From a virus, in the IMG/VR virus record IMGVR_UViG_3300043403_000051, positions 1-64,000 of that record: DNA of 64,000 nucleotides; one strand, written 5' to 3'. The notes beneath the pieces are model-generated. The model searched no databases. It saw only the letters and a program-made list of their open reading frames with translations, and had not been told where the DNA came from. Numbering within the stretch: the first letter of the stretch is position 1; each line of letters opens with the position of its first letter. Shown in pieces: positions 46,946 to 57,900 of the stretch. The translations under genes were made by a program, and so were the position numbers.

Positions 46946-49695
46946 TGGCAATACCAATAATAGATAGTCTTGAAGTAGTTACTAATAAACCCATAGAAAC
47001 AAAAATGCAAGTTGCTACACTTGCAGAAAGAGATGCTATTCCATTAAATGAAAGATGGGAAGGCATGTCAACTTATGTTTTGGAAGATTCTACTACTTAT
47101 ACATTAGTAAGTGGAATTACAAATGGAAACTGGGCTACACAAGGAGGTGGAAATGCTTCTCTATGGTCTACTTTTCCAGCAATACAAGATGTTGATATAA
47201 ATGATGAAGACATAAATAATATCAATAATGCTACTATAAAAGGTAGTTTATATATTGGTAGATATGGGGAAGGTGACCCTGCCAATATAACATTTGACAG
47301 AGCAGATACCAAAATATATGTTGGTATGGGATTCCATATTCGTAGTGGAGAAGGAGTTGTATTAGAAGCACCTGATTTAACTGACCCTGAAGCTCCACTT
47401 GAAAGAGGTTTAATTTTTGGTACAGATGCTATAATGGGTGTTTATAATGATAGTGGTTTATTAGGAACAATTGATTTAGGAGGAGATGGTGGTTCAGTAT
47501 TGCTTAAATCAGGTGGTACAATGGATTTAAATGCTGCCATAGCATTTAATAATGGTAGTAGTATTCATCAAGGAACTACAGATGCAGGATATGGTGGTAA
47601 TGGAGGTATTGAATTAGAATGTAGTGTAGGATATAAGTTGAAATGGGATGCAGGTAGATTATTTACTATGCAACAAGATGGTTTTACTATACGAGAAGTT
47701 GCACACCAAGCTATAGCACCTACTTCAACAGATGATGATACAAAAGGATATGTAGTAGGTTCAAGATGGATAACTGATGCAGGGGAAACTTATAATTGTA
47801 TAGATGCTACTACAAGTGCAGCAGTTTGGGAACTTTTTATTCTAAGCTTATCAGGATGGGATTTAAATGGTAATAATGGAACAGACCCCGATATTAATAG
47901 TGCAGGTACTAATGATAATGTAGGATTTAGTATAAAAACAAATGATATCGAAAGAATATATATTTCCGAAGGTGGTAAAGTTGGAATTGGTAATAGGAAT
48001 AATACTTTTAATTTAGATGTTGGTGAAGTAGTTAGTGAAGATACTATTGAAGTAGTTACTGATATTGCTGCTCCTTATTTTGAAGCATATATAGCACCAC
48101 TTGACGATGCAACTATAGATTTTAGTACACACACTTTTACACCAGATTCATATATAAACTATGATTTTAATATTTCCTCTCTTTCACCAGATACAATTAA
48201 TTGGACAGATTATACTAATTCTGGTTCATTTATCATTACCCCAAATGTTCCTCAATTATTAAGTAATGGAGTTAAAGTAACTTTTGCTAACGATACTGGT
48301 CATGGCGGTGATGAATATTGGTCATTTGGTATTTCTATTTATAATAATACTATTACCACAACAACTCGTGTTAATGGTGTAATAAATGCTACTAATGAGT
48401 ATAGAATAAATGGTGATTTTTTTGCAACTCAAAAGAATAATTCTCTTTTTATTAATAATGAAAATGGAGCTTTATCAAATAATACTACCTATTCAAATTT
48501 CATTGGAATAAATGCAGGGAATCTTGCAACAGCAGCAAGTAGTTCTAATTTTATTGGTACAGATAGCGGAAATGGTGCAACTAATGCAAATAATTCAAAC
48601 TTTATAGGAAAAAATACTGGTGTAAGTGCAACTAATGCATATAATTCAGTTTTTATAGGCTCTGATGCAGGAAATGGAGCAACTAATGCAGACCATTCAC
48701 ATTTTATTGGAGGAGGTGCAGGTTATTTAGCAACAGGTGCAAATGATTCACAATTTATTGGACATCAGACAGGAGCCTATTCAACTAATGCTCACCAATC
48801 TCAATTTATAGGAAATGGAGCAGGTGGTGCTGCAACAGAAGCAAATAGTTCAGTTTTTATTGGTACAGATAGCGGAAATGGTGCAACTAATGCAAGTAAT
48901 TCAGTTTTTATTGGGGCTGTTTCAGGAACATACGCTACTAATGCTTCATATTCAAACTTTATAGGTGCATATGCAGCATACGGATTAGATGGATTTGGTA
49001 ATCAATCAACTAATGCTCATCATTCTAATTTCTTTGGATATTGGTCAGGTGGTTCTGCAATAGAAGCAAACAACTCTAATTTCTTTGGAAGCCAAACAGG
49101 GAATCGAGCAACAAATGCTTCATTTTCAAATTTTATTGGTTCAAGTGCAGGAGAATACGCTACTAATGCTAATAACTCAAACTTTATAGGGGCTGGAGTT
49201 ACTGGAATATATGGAACTGGTTATTTAGCAGTTAATGCAAGTTATTCAAACTTTATTGGTTATTCGGCAGGACAAGGAGCGACTAATGCAAGCTATTCAA
49301 ATCTTATTGGATATAAGGCAGGTATATATAATTATACTAATGCTCATACTATTGGTTCTAATAATATAATTATTGGTACAAATATTTCCCTTCCTAACAC
49401 AAGAGCAAATGGTATTAATATTGGAAGTATTATTTTTGGAATAAATACTTATGCAACTACAACAGGTGACCCTTCAATAGCAGGTACAGCTACAGGTCGT
49501 ATAGGAATAGGAACTGTAACTCCAACAGCAGTATTAGATTTAAGAGCAAGTACAACAGCAGATGCAGCATTAAGATTAAGAGTAGGTTCTGCTCCAACAA
49601 GTCCTAATGATGGTGATATTTGGCTAGAATCAAATACAAATACAGGATTAAAAATAAGAATTAATGGTGTAACAAAAACAATAACATTAATATAA
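46945..49695 (+). CDS. tail fibre / receptor-binding protein
   Basis: ERDAIP..RWEGM N-terminus and a long array of 14-aa ATNA..S.FIG repeats. Confidence 0.75.
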   Translation: MAIPIIDSLEVVTNKPIETKMQVATLAERDAIPLNERWEGMSTYVLEDSTTYTLVSGITNGNWATQGGGNASLWSTFPAIQDVDINDEDINNINNATIKGSLYIGRYGEGDPANITFDRADTKIYVGMGFHIRSGEGVVLEAPDLTDPEAPLERGLIFGTDAIMGVYNDSGLLGTIDLGGDGGSVLLKSGGTMDLNAAIAFNNGSSIHQGTTDAGYGGNGGIELECSVGYKLKWDAGRLFTMQQDGFTIREVAHQAIAPTSTDDDTKGYVVGSRWITDAGETYNCIDATTSAAVWELFILSLSGWDLNGNNGTDPDINSAGTNDNVGFSIKTNDIERIYISEGGKVGIGNRNNTFNLDVGEVVSEDTIEVVTDIAAPYFEAYIAPLDDATIDFSTHTFTPDSYINYDFNISSLSPDTINWTDYTNSGSFIITPNVPQLLSNGVKVTFANDTGHGGDEYWSFGISIYNNTITTTTRVNGVINATNEYRINGDFFATQKNNSLFINNENGALSNNTTYSNFIGINAGNLATAASSSNFIGTDSGNGATNANNSNFIGKNTGVSATNAYNSVFIGSDAGNGATNADHSHFIGGGAGYLATGANDSQFIGHQTGAYSTNAHQSQFIGNGAGGAATEANSSVFIGTDSGNGATNASNSVFIGAVSGTYATNASYSNFIGAYAAYGLDGFGNQSTNAHHSNFFGYWSGGSAIEANNSNFFGSQTGNRATNASFSNFIGSSAGEYATNANNSNFIGAGVTGIYGTGYLAVNASYSNFIGYSAGQGATNASYSNLIGYKAGIYNYTNAHTIGSNNIIIGTNISLPNTRANGINIGSIIFGINTYATTTGDPSIAGTATGRIGIGTVTPTAVLDLRASTTADAALRLRVGSAPTSPNDGDIWLESNTNTGLKIRINGVTKTITLI

Positions 49696-49731
49696 AACTT
49701 CAACAGGAGTATTAATGATAAAATATTAATT

Positions 49732-50316
49732 ATGAATTTACTTAACTTACCAGTACCACTTAGTATAAAAGAGGAATTACCCTTTGTAATGAAAACATTT
49801 GGTATTAACACAGAATTAAGATTAGCTCATTTTTTAGCACAATGCGCACATGAATCAGGCAACTTTAGAATGTTTACAGAAAATCTAAATTACTCTGAAC
49901 AAGGCTTATTAAATATTTTTAAAAAGTATTTTACACCTGCACAGGCTAAACAATACGCTCGTAAACCTGTAGCAATAGGTAGTAGAGTATATGCTAATAG
50001 AATGGGTAATGGAAACGAAGAAAGTAAAGATGGATTTAATTATAGAGGTAGGGGATGTATTCAACTAACAGGTAAATCTAATTATGCTGCTTTCAGTAAG
50101 TTTGTTCCTGATAATGTAGTAATAAGTCCTGATTTAGTATCAACTAAATACCCACTTAGTTCAGCAGGTTGGTTTTGGAGTATTAACAATATTAATGCTC
50201 TTGCTGATAAAGATGATATAATTTCAGTTACAAAAAGAATTAATGGTGGAACAAATGGAATAGAAGACAGAAAAAAATATTTAGCAATTTATAAAAAACA
50301 TTTTAATATAAACTAA
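49732..50316 (+). CDS. GH19-family endolysin
   Basis: AHFLAQCAHES, ENLNYS, YRGRG.IQLTG..NY, TKRINGG.NG..DR. Confidence 0.92.
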   Translation: MNLLNLPVPLSIKEELPFVMKTFGINTELRLAHFLAQCAHESGNFRMFTENLNYSEQGLLNIFKKYFTPAQAKQYARKPVAIGSRVYANRMGNGNEESKDGFNYRGRGCIQLTGKSNYAAFSKFVPDNVVISPDLVSTKYPLSSAGWFWSINNINALADKDDIISVTKRINGGTNGIEDRKKYLAIYKKHFNIN

Positions 50317-50354
50317 AGCTTGTCCTATTGGCTTACAAATAGGTCATTAAAATT

Positions 50355-50906
50355 ATGAGAGATACAGTAATTCAAAAACACTTAGTAGAAACCGCAGAGG
50401 TAGATACTAAAAAATCAGCAAAATTTAACCTTACTAAATGGTTACGTGATTCTTTTAATAAAAGATTGAATGTTCCTTTTTATGATAAGTGTTGTCCCAC
50501 ATCAAGTCTCAGCCTACCAGTAAAAGCTGTTGTTGCAGACAATGTAGCCACATTAAAGTATTTTGATTCAACCACAGAAGATTGGGAAGAAGTTTCACCA
50601 GTTGTGGCAGCAGTTACAGCTACACAAATAACTTCTAAAACTACAGCCGTAGTAGCAAATGGTGTTAAAGGAGTAATTACAACAGTTGCTCTTACTGACG
50701 CATTAGACACCGCATTTACATTTACACTTACTAATAGTAAAATTGTTAGTACTTCTGTGATACAACTTACCGCATTAAACAGTGGTAATGGTATTGCGCA
50801 TGTATCTATTGTATCAATAGCAACAGGTAGTGCAGTAATTAGGGTTAGTAATGTTGGAGTAGCTGCATTTAATAGTTTGTTAAAAATACACTTTAATATT
50901 ACTTAA
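50355..50906 (+). CDS. virion structural protein
   Basis: Beta-rich; TQITS.TT.V...G.ITT, FTLTNS.I. Confidence 0.6.
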   Translation: MRDTVIQKHLVETAEVDTKKSAKFNLTKWLRDSFNKRLNVPFYDKCCPTSSLSLPVKAVVADNVATLKYFDSTTEDWEEVSPVVAAVTATQITSKTTAVVANGVKGVITTVALTDALDTAFTFTLTNSKIVSTSVIQLTALNSGNGIAHVSIVSIATGSAVIRVSNVGVAAFNSLLKIHFNIT

Positions 50907-51184
50907 TTTATTTTGTAGCCATATATAAAAAAGAGGTTATTATATTTGATACATTATTTAGTATACTATAGTATGTAAATCACAGATTAATAATTTATTT
51001 TTATATCAGGCTACTAAATAATTTGTCGAGCTTATTAATTTGTTGGTTACTATTTTAGTAGTTATATTTTGTATAGCTTCCTTTGGAACTCAAAGTTACG
51101 ATTTTTTTCGCACATTTCCAAATTTATAAACTATACTTAATGTTAAGATTATCTTAAAACAAGAAATTTGTTGGTTGTTCTATA

Positions 51185-51222
51185 TAAACCTTACTATTCT
51201 TAGTAGGGTTTTTATTTTTTTT
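51185..51222 (+). terminator. intrinsic terminator
   Basis: AAACCTTACTA/TAGTAGGGTTT stem with T-tract. Confidence 0.7.
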
Positions 51223-51297
51223 AACAAAAAAAATTTCGCCATATCAAATAATAGTTGTATCTTTGTATTCTATTATTAACAATCAAAAAAATCTGTC

Positions 51298-51465
51298 ATG
51301 AAAAAAACATCAATTAGTGCTTTTTTAAAAGCAAATCCTTCATATTTAAAGTGGGGTGCAGAAAGATTAGCTAACAAATTTAATGTTGAATTGGAAACAA
51401 TTGAAAGAATTTGTAAGCGTTTACGTAATGTTAAACGTGACTATATAGCAAGTCTCTCTGCGTAA
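51298..51465 (+). CDS. small HTH-like protein (MKKTSISAFLKANPSYLKWGAERLA...)
   Basis: 55-aa ORF downstream of a TATCTTTG -7 box. Confidence 0.55.
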   Translation: MKKTSISAFLKANPSYLKWGAERLANKFNVELETIERICKRLRNVKRDYIASLSA

Positions 51466-51517
51466 GAGATTTGACTATGGGTGGGTGGGTCGGTTAATTT
51501 AAAAACTACAATAATAT

Positions 51518-52783
51518 ATGAATTCAATACAAGAAATAAAAGATTATTTAATTAGTAATCCTATTGATAGAAGTAAACAATTCTGTTATAAGGATACTGC
51601 TGAAAAGTTTGGGGTTTCTACTGAAAAGATTAGGTCTATATATAAAAGATTGAGAAAGGCTAACTTGGTAGAAACTTCAATTAATTATCATCAAGTTCTT
51701 CCAATAGACCATATTCCTTACACTTATACTACAAGTAGTACTGATAATACAATGACTATTACTACTGGCACGGATGAAGAGGTACGGAGTCTTGAAGACC
51801 TTATCCGAGTTTGTGATATAGATGTTGAAGAGTGGATTATAAAAGGATGGGAGTGTTCAAACTCAAATGGTAGATATAGGGTATGTGCTAAACTAATTAA
51901 ACGTGGTATTGATACAGACGCATATGCTCAAAAGAATGAGTTAATTAAGGAGTTATATGCAAAATCTCCAAAAGCAGAAAAGATAGATAGAGTTAAATCT
52001 ACTTCTCCAAAACTTTTGGAAATATCAATTCCTGATATTCACTTTGGTAAAATGTCACATAGGGATGAAACAGGAGAGGATTATGATTTAAAAATTGCAG
52101 AAGCAAGATTTAAAACAGCTATAGATTCTTTACTTGAAAATATTAATATTGCAAATGTTGATAGAATTTTATTCCCAATAGGAAATGATTTAATTAACTT
52201 TGATAATAAAAATAATACAACTACACAAGGAACTCCACAAGATTCTGATTCAAGATTTCATAAAGTTGTAAAAACTGTTAAAAGAATCTTAATTGAAACA
52301 ATTGATTATCTTTCACAACTTGCACCTGTTGATATTGTAATAGTACCAGGTAATCATGATGAAACTATAACTTTTACAATTGGAGAAATATTGGATGCTT
52401 ACTATCATAACAATGATAATGTACGCATTGATAATTCTGCTAAACTTAGAAAATATTACTGTTACTATAATGTTGGTATACAGTTGACGCACGGTGATAA
52501 GGAAGCTCACTCAATGCTTGGTTTAATATTTGCAACAGAGAAGCCTCAAATATGGGGTTCAACAATTCACAGATATTGTCAACTTGGGCACTTCCATAAA
52601 ACCAAAAAACTGAATTTTGTATCTGTGGATGAATATCCTGGATTTCAAATTCAAATCATTCCTTCTTTATCAGGTACTGATGCATGGCATTATGGTAAAG
52701 GATACATGTCAAAGAAAACAGCAAAAGCTTTCTTATTTGACAAGAAGAACGGTCTTATTGCTGAGTTTAACCACAACATTTAA
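51518..52783 (+). CDS. calcineurin-like metallophosphoesterase with N-terminal HTH
   Basis: PDIHFG, GND, PGNHD, HGD, GHFH. Confidence 0.85.
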   Translation: MNSIQEIKDYLISNPIDRSKQFCYKDTAEKFGVSTEKIRSIYKRLRKANLVETSINYHQVLPIDHIPYTYTTSSTDNTMTITTGTDEEVRSLEDLIRVCDIDVEEWIIKGWECSNSNGRYRVCAKLIKRGIDTDAYAQKNELIKELYAKSPKAEKIDRVKSTSPKLLEISIPDIHFGKMSHRDETGEDYDLKIAEARFKTAIDSLLENINIANVDRILFPIGNDLINFDNKNNTTTQGTPQDSDSRFHKVVKTVKRILIETIDYLSQLAPVDIVIVPGNHDETITFTIGEILDAYYHNNDNVRIDNSAKLRKYYCYYNVGIQLTHGDKEAHSMLGLIFATEKPQIWGSTIHRYCQLGHFHKTKKLNFVSVDEYPGFQIQIIPSLSGTDAWHYGKGYMSKKTAKAFLFDKKNGLIAEFNHNI

Positions 52784-52805
52784 AATTTTCATATTCGTAG
52801 TTTTT

Positions 52806-52833
52806 AAGCCCCTGTGTTTTCACAGGGGTTTTT
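52806..52833 (+). terminator. intrinsic terminator
   Basis: AAGCCCCTGTG/CACAGGGGTTT followed by T. Confidence 0.8.
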
Positions 52834-52907
52834 AATTGTAAAGAATTACTGTTTTTTATATTTTAACTTTTATGTTTATCTTTGCGTATATTTAATTAAG
52901 TTTGATT

Positions 52908-53570
52908 ATGCAAACATATAGAGAAGTGATAAGTGATATTGTATCGGAATTAAAAGCTGTAAATCTTGATGATAGATATAGCTATAGATTTCTATGCAAT
53001 AAACTACAAGATGCTGCAAATCAGTTTCTAAAAATTGATTCTGAGTATAGAAAAATATTTAAAAATAATTCATTCTTCTATAAAATAGATTGTTTCCCTC
53101 TTACCGAAATCCCTTTAATAGACTGTGGGTGTGACCTTAATTACATAGGAAAGGTAATGAAATCATGTAAACCTTTACCTGTAACATTCGAATCAACTTA
53201 TGGTAATATTGTCAAAATTTTAACATTAGACTTTTCAAAAGAGTTTACAAAGATTGAACCATTTACATATAAGGATTTTAAGAATAGAAAATATGGCCCT
53301 AAAAATTTTTATTGGATTATAGATAATTATGTTTATATCCCTGATTCTGAGATTGAGGATGTTTATGTTCTTGGAGCATTTAAATATAAAAACGATGTTG
53401 ATGTACTTAATGGTGTGTCAAATGAATGTTTTTCTTTTTTAGATTCTCCTTTTAATTTTCCTGATTACATGGTATCATTAATAAAAAATGAAACTATTAA
53501 AACTTTAGTTGCTGCAAATAAACAAATTATCGAAGACGTAAAACCTAATCTTAATCAAAACGATAAATAA
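52908..53570 (+). CDS. crAss-like tail ring protein
   Basis: Position and DD.Y...PLP...Y.Y pattern. Confidence 0.55.
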   Translation: MQTYREVISDIVSELKAVNLDDRYSYRFLCNKLQDAANQFLKIDSEYRKIFKNNSFFYKIDCFPLTEIPLIDCGCDLNYIGKVMKSCKPLPVTFESTYGNIVKILTLDFSKEFTKIEPFTYKDFKNRKYGPKNFYWIIDNYVYIPDSEIEDVYVLGAFKYKNDVDVLNGVSNECFSFLDSPFNFPDYMVSLIKNETIKTLVAANKQIIEDVKPNLNQNDK

Positions 53571-53573
53571 TTT

Positions 53574-54065
53574 ATGCCAGCTAAAGGAAGTAAACTAAAA
53601 ATAAATAATCGAGAATCAACTATATCAAAAGAAATTTATTCTCAATATGTAGAAAAGTATGGAGACCTTGTAGATTATAAGACCTTTAAAAAAATAATAC
53701 AAACTTGCAATTTAGAAATTACAAATTGTGTATTAGATGATATATCAGGGTTTAAACTTCCTTTTAATCTTGGATATATAGTTGTTACAAAGTTTAAAGG
53801 TCGTTATACAAAACCCGATTATAAAAATAGTAAAATATATAATAAGACTATTCCTTTATTGAATCTACATTCTTTTGGTTTTATTTTTAATATTAAATGG
53901 TTTAAAACAACAAATGCAAAAGGTATATATAGTAACTCTAAACTATATCCTTATAAATTTAATTTTCATAGAGAGTTCAAAAGAGCATTAGCAAAAAAAA
54001 TAAAGAGTGGGAAAGTTTATGATTCTTGGGTTGCTTCTGATTTTTACTCAAAAAATAGATTATAA
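53574..54065 (+). CDS. IHF/HU-like protein (crAss tail module)
   Basis: FKLPFNLGYI, KRALAK.IK. Confidence 0.6.
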   Translation: MPAKGSKLKINNRESTISKEIYSQYVEKYGDLVDYKTFKKIIQTCNLEITNCVLDDISGFKLPFNLGYIVVTKFKGRYTKPDYKNSKIYNKTIPLLNLHSFGFIFNIKWFKTTNAKGIYSNSKLYPYKFNFHREFKRALAKKIKSGKVYDSWVASDFYSKNRL

Positions 54066-54067
54066 TA

Positions 54068-54949
54068 ATGTCTGTAATTAGTGGTGAACATATTGAATTT
54101 GTTTCAGCAACACCTATATTTTCAAAAGTTAAAAGATTTTTGAAATCATACGCTGGTACAAATATGCTTGATGAGGGTGAATTTCCTACATATTTATATG
54201 AGGTTTTAAGTACAATTGGTATAAACGTAATGGATGAAAGTGAAGCTATTATCCCAATTAATAATTATAAAGGATGTTTACCCAATGATTTTGTACAATT
54301 GTATTGTGCTTATAAATGTAAGCCAACACTTTCTACAAAGGGGGAACAACAACTTCAAAACGTGAGTTCTGTATATTATGAATTATCTAAAGAGTGTTAT
54401 CTTGCTGAAAAAAATTGTCAACTTAACTGTGACGCAACTGACCCTCTTTGTAAATGGACAATGACTACATACGTTAATGAGCTACCTATAACTCATCATT
54501 TAGAAAATCCTACACTATTAAGGCTTAGTCCAAATGTAAAAGAGAAAAGCAGTAAAGACTGTTTAAATCTTTTACATTCATCTCCTTATGAAATGAGATT
54601 TTCAGGTAGAGATATACTTGTTAATTTTACAGATGATTGTGTTTACATGAAGTATTACTCTATACCTGTAGATGAGGATAACATTCCATTAGTTCCTGAT
54701 ATTATACAATTACATAAAGCAATAGAGTGGTATATAATATATCAAATAAGTTTATCTTGGTGGATGAATAATGAAGCACCTGATATACAATCAAAATGGC
54801 AAAAAGCTGAACAAGAGTATTATGATGCTTTAGGTGGCATAAGACATAATAGAAAGCTACCAAGTTTCAGCAGACTTATTAATTACATCAGAAATAAAAG
54901 GAAATACAATATGGTATCTGTATTTTCTTCATCGGATAAATTTAGATAA
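54068..54949 (+). CDS. tail tubular/ring protein
   Basis: LP.DF, Y...PVDE...PLVPD; gene order. Confidence 0.6.
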   Translation: MSVISGEHIEFVSATPIFSKVKRFLKSYAGTNMLDEGEFPTYLYEVLSTIGINVMDESEAIIPINNYKGCLPNDFVQLYCAYKCKPTLSTKGEQQLQNVSSVYYELSKECYLAEKNCQLNCDATDPLCKWTMTTYVNELPITHHLENPTLLRLSPNVKEKSSKDCLNLLHSSPYEMRFSGRDILVNFTDDCVYMKYYSIPVDEDNIPLVPDIIQLHKAIEWYIIYQISLSWWMNNEAPDIQSKWQKAEQEYYDALGGIRHNRKLPSFSRLINYIRNKRKYNMVSVFSSSDKFR

Positions 54950-57900
54950 TGGCTCAAAATAATCAAATCGTTTCTGTAAGTAAAGGAATGGTTGATGATT
55001 TGCATAGTGTACTTACACCAGAATCAAATCCAACTTATGTCTTAAACGGGAATGTATCTAATTTTAATGGTAATGAATTTTTTATTCAAAACGAACCTTC
55101 TAACATTTTAAAAACAAAAATGGAAGAAGGCTTTAAAGTTATTGGCTTTATTGAAATTCATGAACAAAAAAGAGTAGTTTATTTTCTTGTTAATCCTTTA
55201 ACAAATGATTCTGAGATAGGTGAAATTAGAGAATGTTTATATAATGACATAACTGATAAAGAATACATTAGTGGTTGTGAAGATTGCACGGATGTTTATA
55301 ACTATGAGGCCACACCTTTAGAGGAAAAAGAACAAGTTCCTTTTTGTTCATACAGAACAATTATTTCAGAAAAATGTTTAAATTTTAATATTAATAACCC
55401 TATTGATATTGAATATGAATTAAAAGCGTGTACTGTAAATTTATATTTTACTGATAATTTAAGTCAAAGAAGACATATTAGATTTACATATGAAAATAAT
55501 ATTCCTTCAAATGATTTAGAATTAGATATCTATTACAAAAATGTAATCGGTTTTGTTGATGACGCATGTCGAGAACCTATATACGGTGACTCATTAGATT
55601 GTAATAAATTAAATTATCATCCAGATTTTAAAAAACCGTGTATTGATTTAGTAGGTATAACTACAGGTGGTGCATTAAAAGCAGGAACCTATCAATTTCT
55701 TATTTCTTATTGCGATGAAAAGGGTAATGAATTAACTCAATACTTTCCTGCTTCTCAAAATATACCCATTAAAACAAAAAATGTAACAGTTGCCACAAAC
55801 TATGTTACAGATTCTTCTATTAATATATTAATAAACAATATTGAAAATGTTGTTTATGAATATTTCAATATGGTGGTTGCTGAAACAGTTGATGGTATTA
55901 CTTCTTTTAAACTTATAGGTACTTACTCAACACAATTAGCTGATACAAATAATACAATTACTTTTACATATAATGGTATAAACTTCATAAGAGATTATTC
56001 TATTACTGATGTAATATACAAAAGACCTTATTACGATACTGCTGCGTCAATTACAAAAAGTAATGATTATTTATTCTTTTCAAATTTAAAAGAATTTCCC
56101 CAACCAAATCTTCAAAGAGTTGCTAATAACATTAAACTATATTGGCAAACTATAGCTATTCCTGAATCAGTTTATAATAATCCTAATAACGTATATAAGT
56201 ATAGAACTTATCAAAGAGATGAGGTTTATGGATTTGGAATAGTATTTGAAACAACTCATGGTGAGGATACTTGCGCATTCCATATTCCTAACAGGGAACC
56301 TGTGGATAGTGACTTACAATATGTAACAGGTGATGATGTATTTAAAGAGAATGGTTGTGAAACAGAAACAATTCACGGCATCCCTGTAAATTCAAAACCA
56401 CGTTGGGAAATTTATAATACTGCATCAGTTCTTGGTCAACCACATAACATATTTGAAGATTGTAAAGATAATTCTTGTTGGGAGTGGGGTGACTTTGCAT
56501 ATTGGCATTCTTCTGAAAAATATCCAAATGAACCAGAAGTTTGGGGAGACCTTTGTGGAAAAAATATAAAGTTACATAAATTTCCTGATTCTTGTGTATC
56601 TCACATTCATGATGGATTTAATGGTACAAAAGATTATTCTGATGGAAATATTGTTTATCCTATTGGGGTTAAAGTAGACCATTTAAGTATCACAAACGCT
56701 TTAGATTTAGCTGTTCAACAAACTGTTATAACTCAATCACAAAGAGATTCTATAAAAGGTTATCGTATAGTTAGACTAAATAGATATGGACAAAAGTCTG
56801 TTATTGCTAAAGGTCTCTTATATGATATGTGGAAGTATGACAGAAGTGGTAGTGGTTATTACTATGCTAACTATCCGTTTAATGATTTACGTCCTGATAA
56901 GTTTATTTCTACAACAGATAAAACTTATGGTGATAGTACAACATCTGACCCAAGACCTATAAGTTTTGTGAAATCAGGTAGATATACATTCCACTCACCC
57001 GATACACATTTTAATAGTCCTTCTTTAGGTTCTTATTTAAAACTTGAAACTGAAGAGTATGGTAAATCTGAAGGTTTCTTTAACTATGCAGAAGAGCAAG
57101 CTAAGTACAAAAGACCTTCTACAACAGCAGTAACTATTGCTTTAGGCATTGCATTGGCATCGGCTCTCTCACAAGAAAAACATAAAGAATGTAAAACAGT
57201 TGTTATTAAATCAGAAACAACCGTTGGTCTTACTGCTGGTACAACAGCAGGAACTATCGTTGACCCAATTAATCCATCTTTATACGAAAAAAATACAGGA
57301 CTACCTATAAGATTTCAACCATTGGTTGGGGAGGTTCATAAAAATACATGTACAGGTACTCCATACCATATGTCAAGTTTAGCTTCTGCTATACCAGGAA
57401 CTCCAAACTTTGACCCTTTAATGGCTGCTTTTAAAATAGTATCTGGTGTATTTAATCAGATTACTTATTTATTATCTATAGTTCTTAGAGAGCTTGATAG
57501 ATGGATGAAGTTTTTTGAATCATTAATTCCATATAAAAATTATGCTGCCCAATATCAAGCAGTAGGTAAATACAATAATTATAAGTGTGTATCAAATAAT
57601 CAAGGTATTAAAATTAGAAGACTTGATAGAAGTGCATATCTTGAACCAATAATTCAGAATGTTGATGAAACAATTCAATCATCTGGTTTATTTTCAACAG
57701 TTAATATTAATAATTGGAATAGAGAATCTTCTGTATATTTAAAAACAGACTCTAAAAAATCATTATTACCAAATACATCAGTGGTAGATAATAGTAGAAT
57801 TTTAATGAGTGATGTTGGTATAAAAGAAACCGACTCTGATAAATTTACAAAAAAACTTTATAGAGATATATCATCATTTTATGGTTCAATAAAAAGAAAT

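Noticed and set aside
36272-49695. Diversity-generating retroelement acting on fibre genes
   Set aside because: No reverse transcriptase or adenine-specific TR/VR pair is visible in this window.
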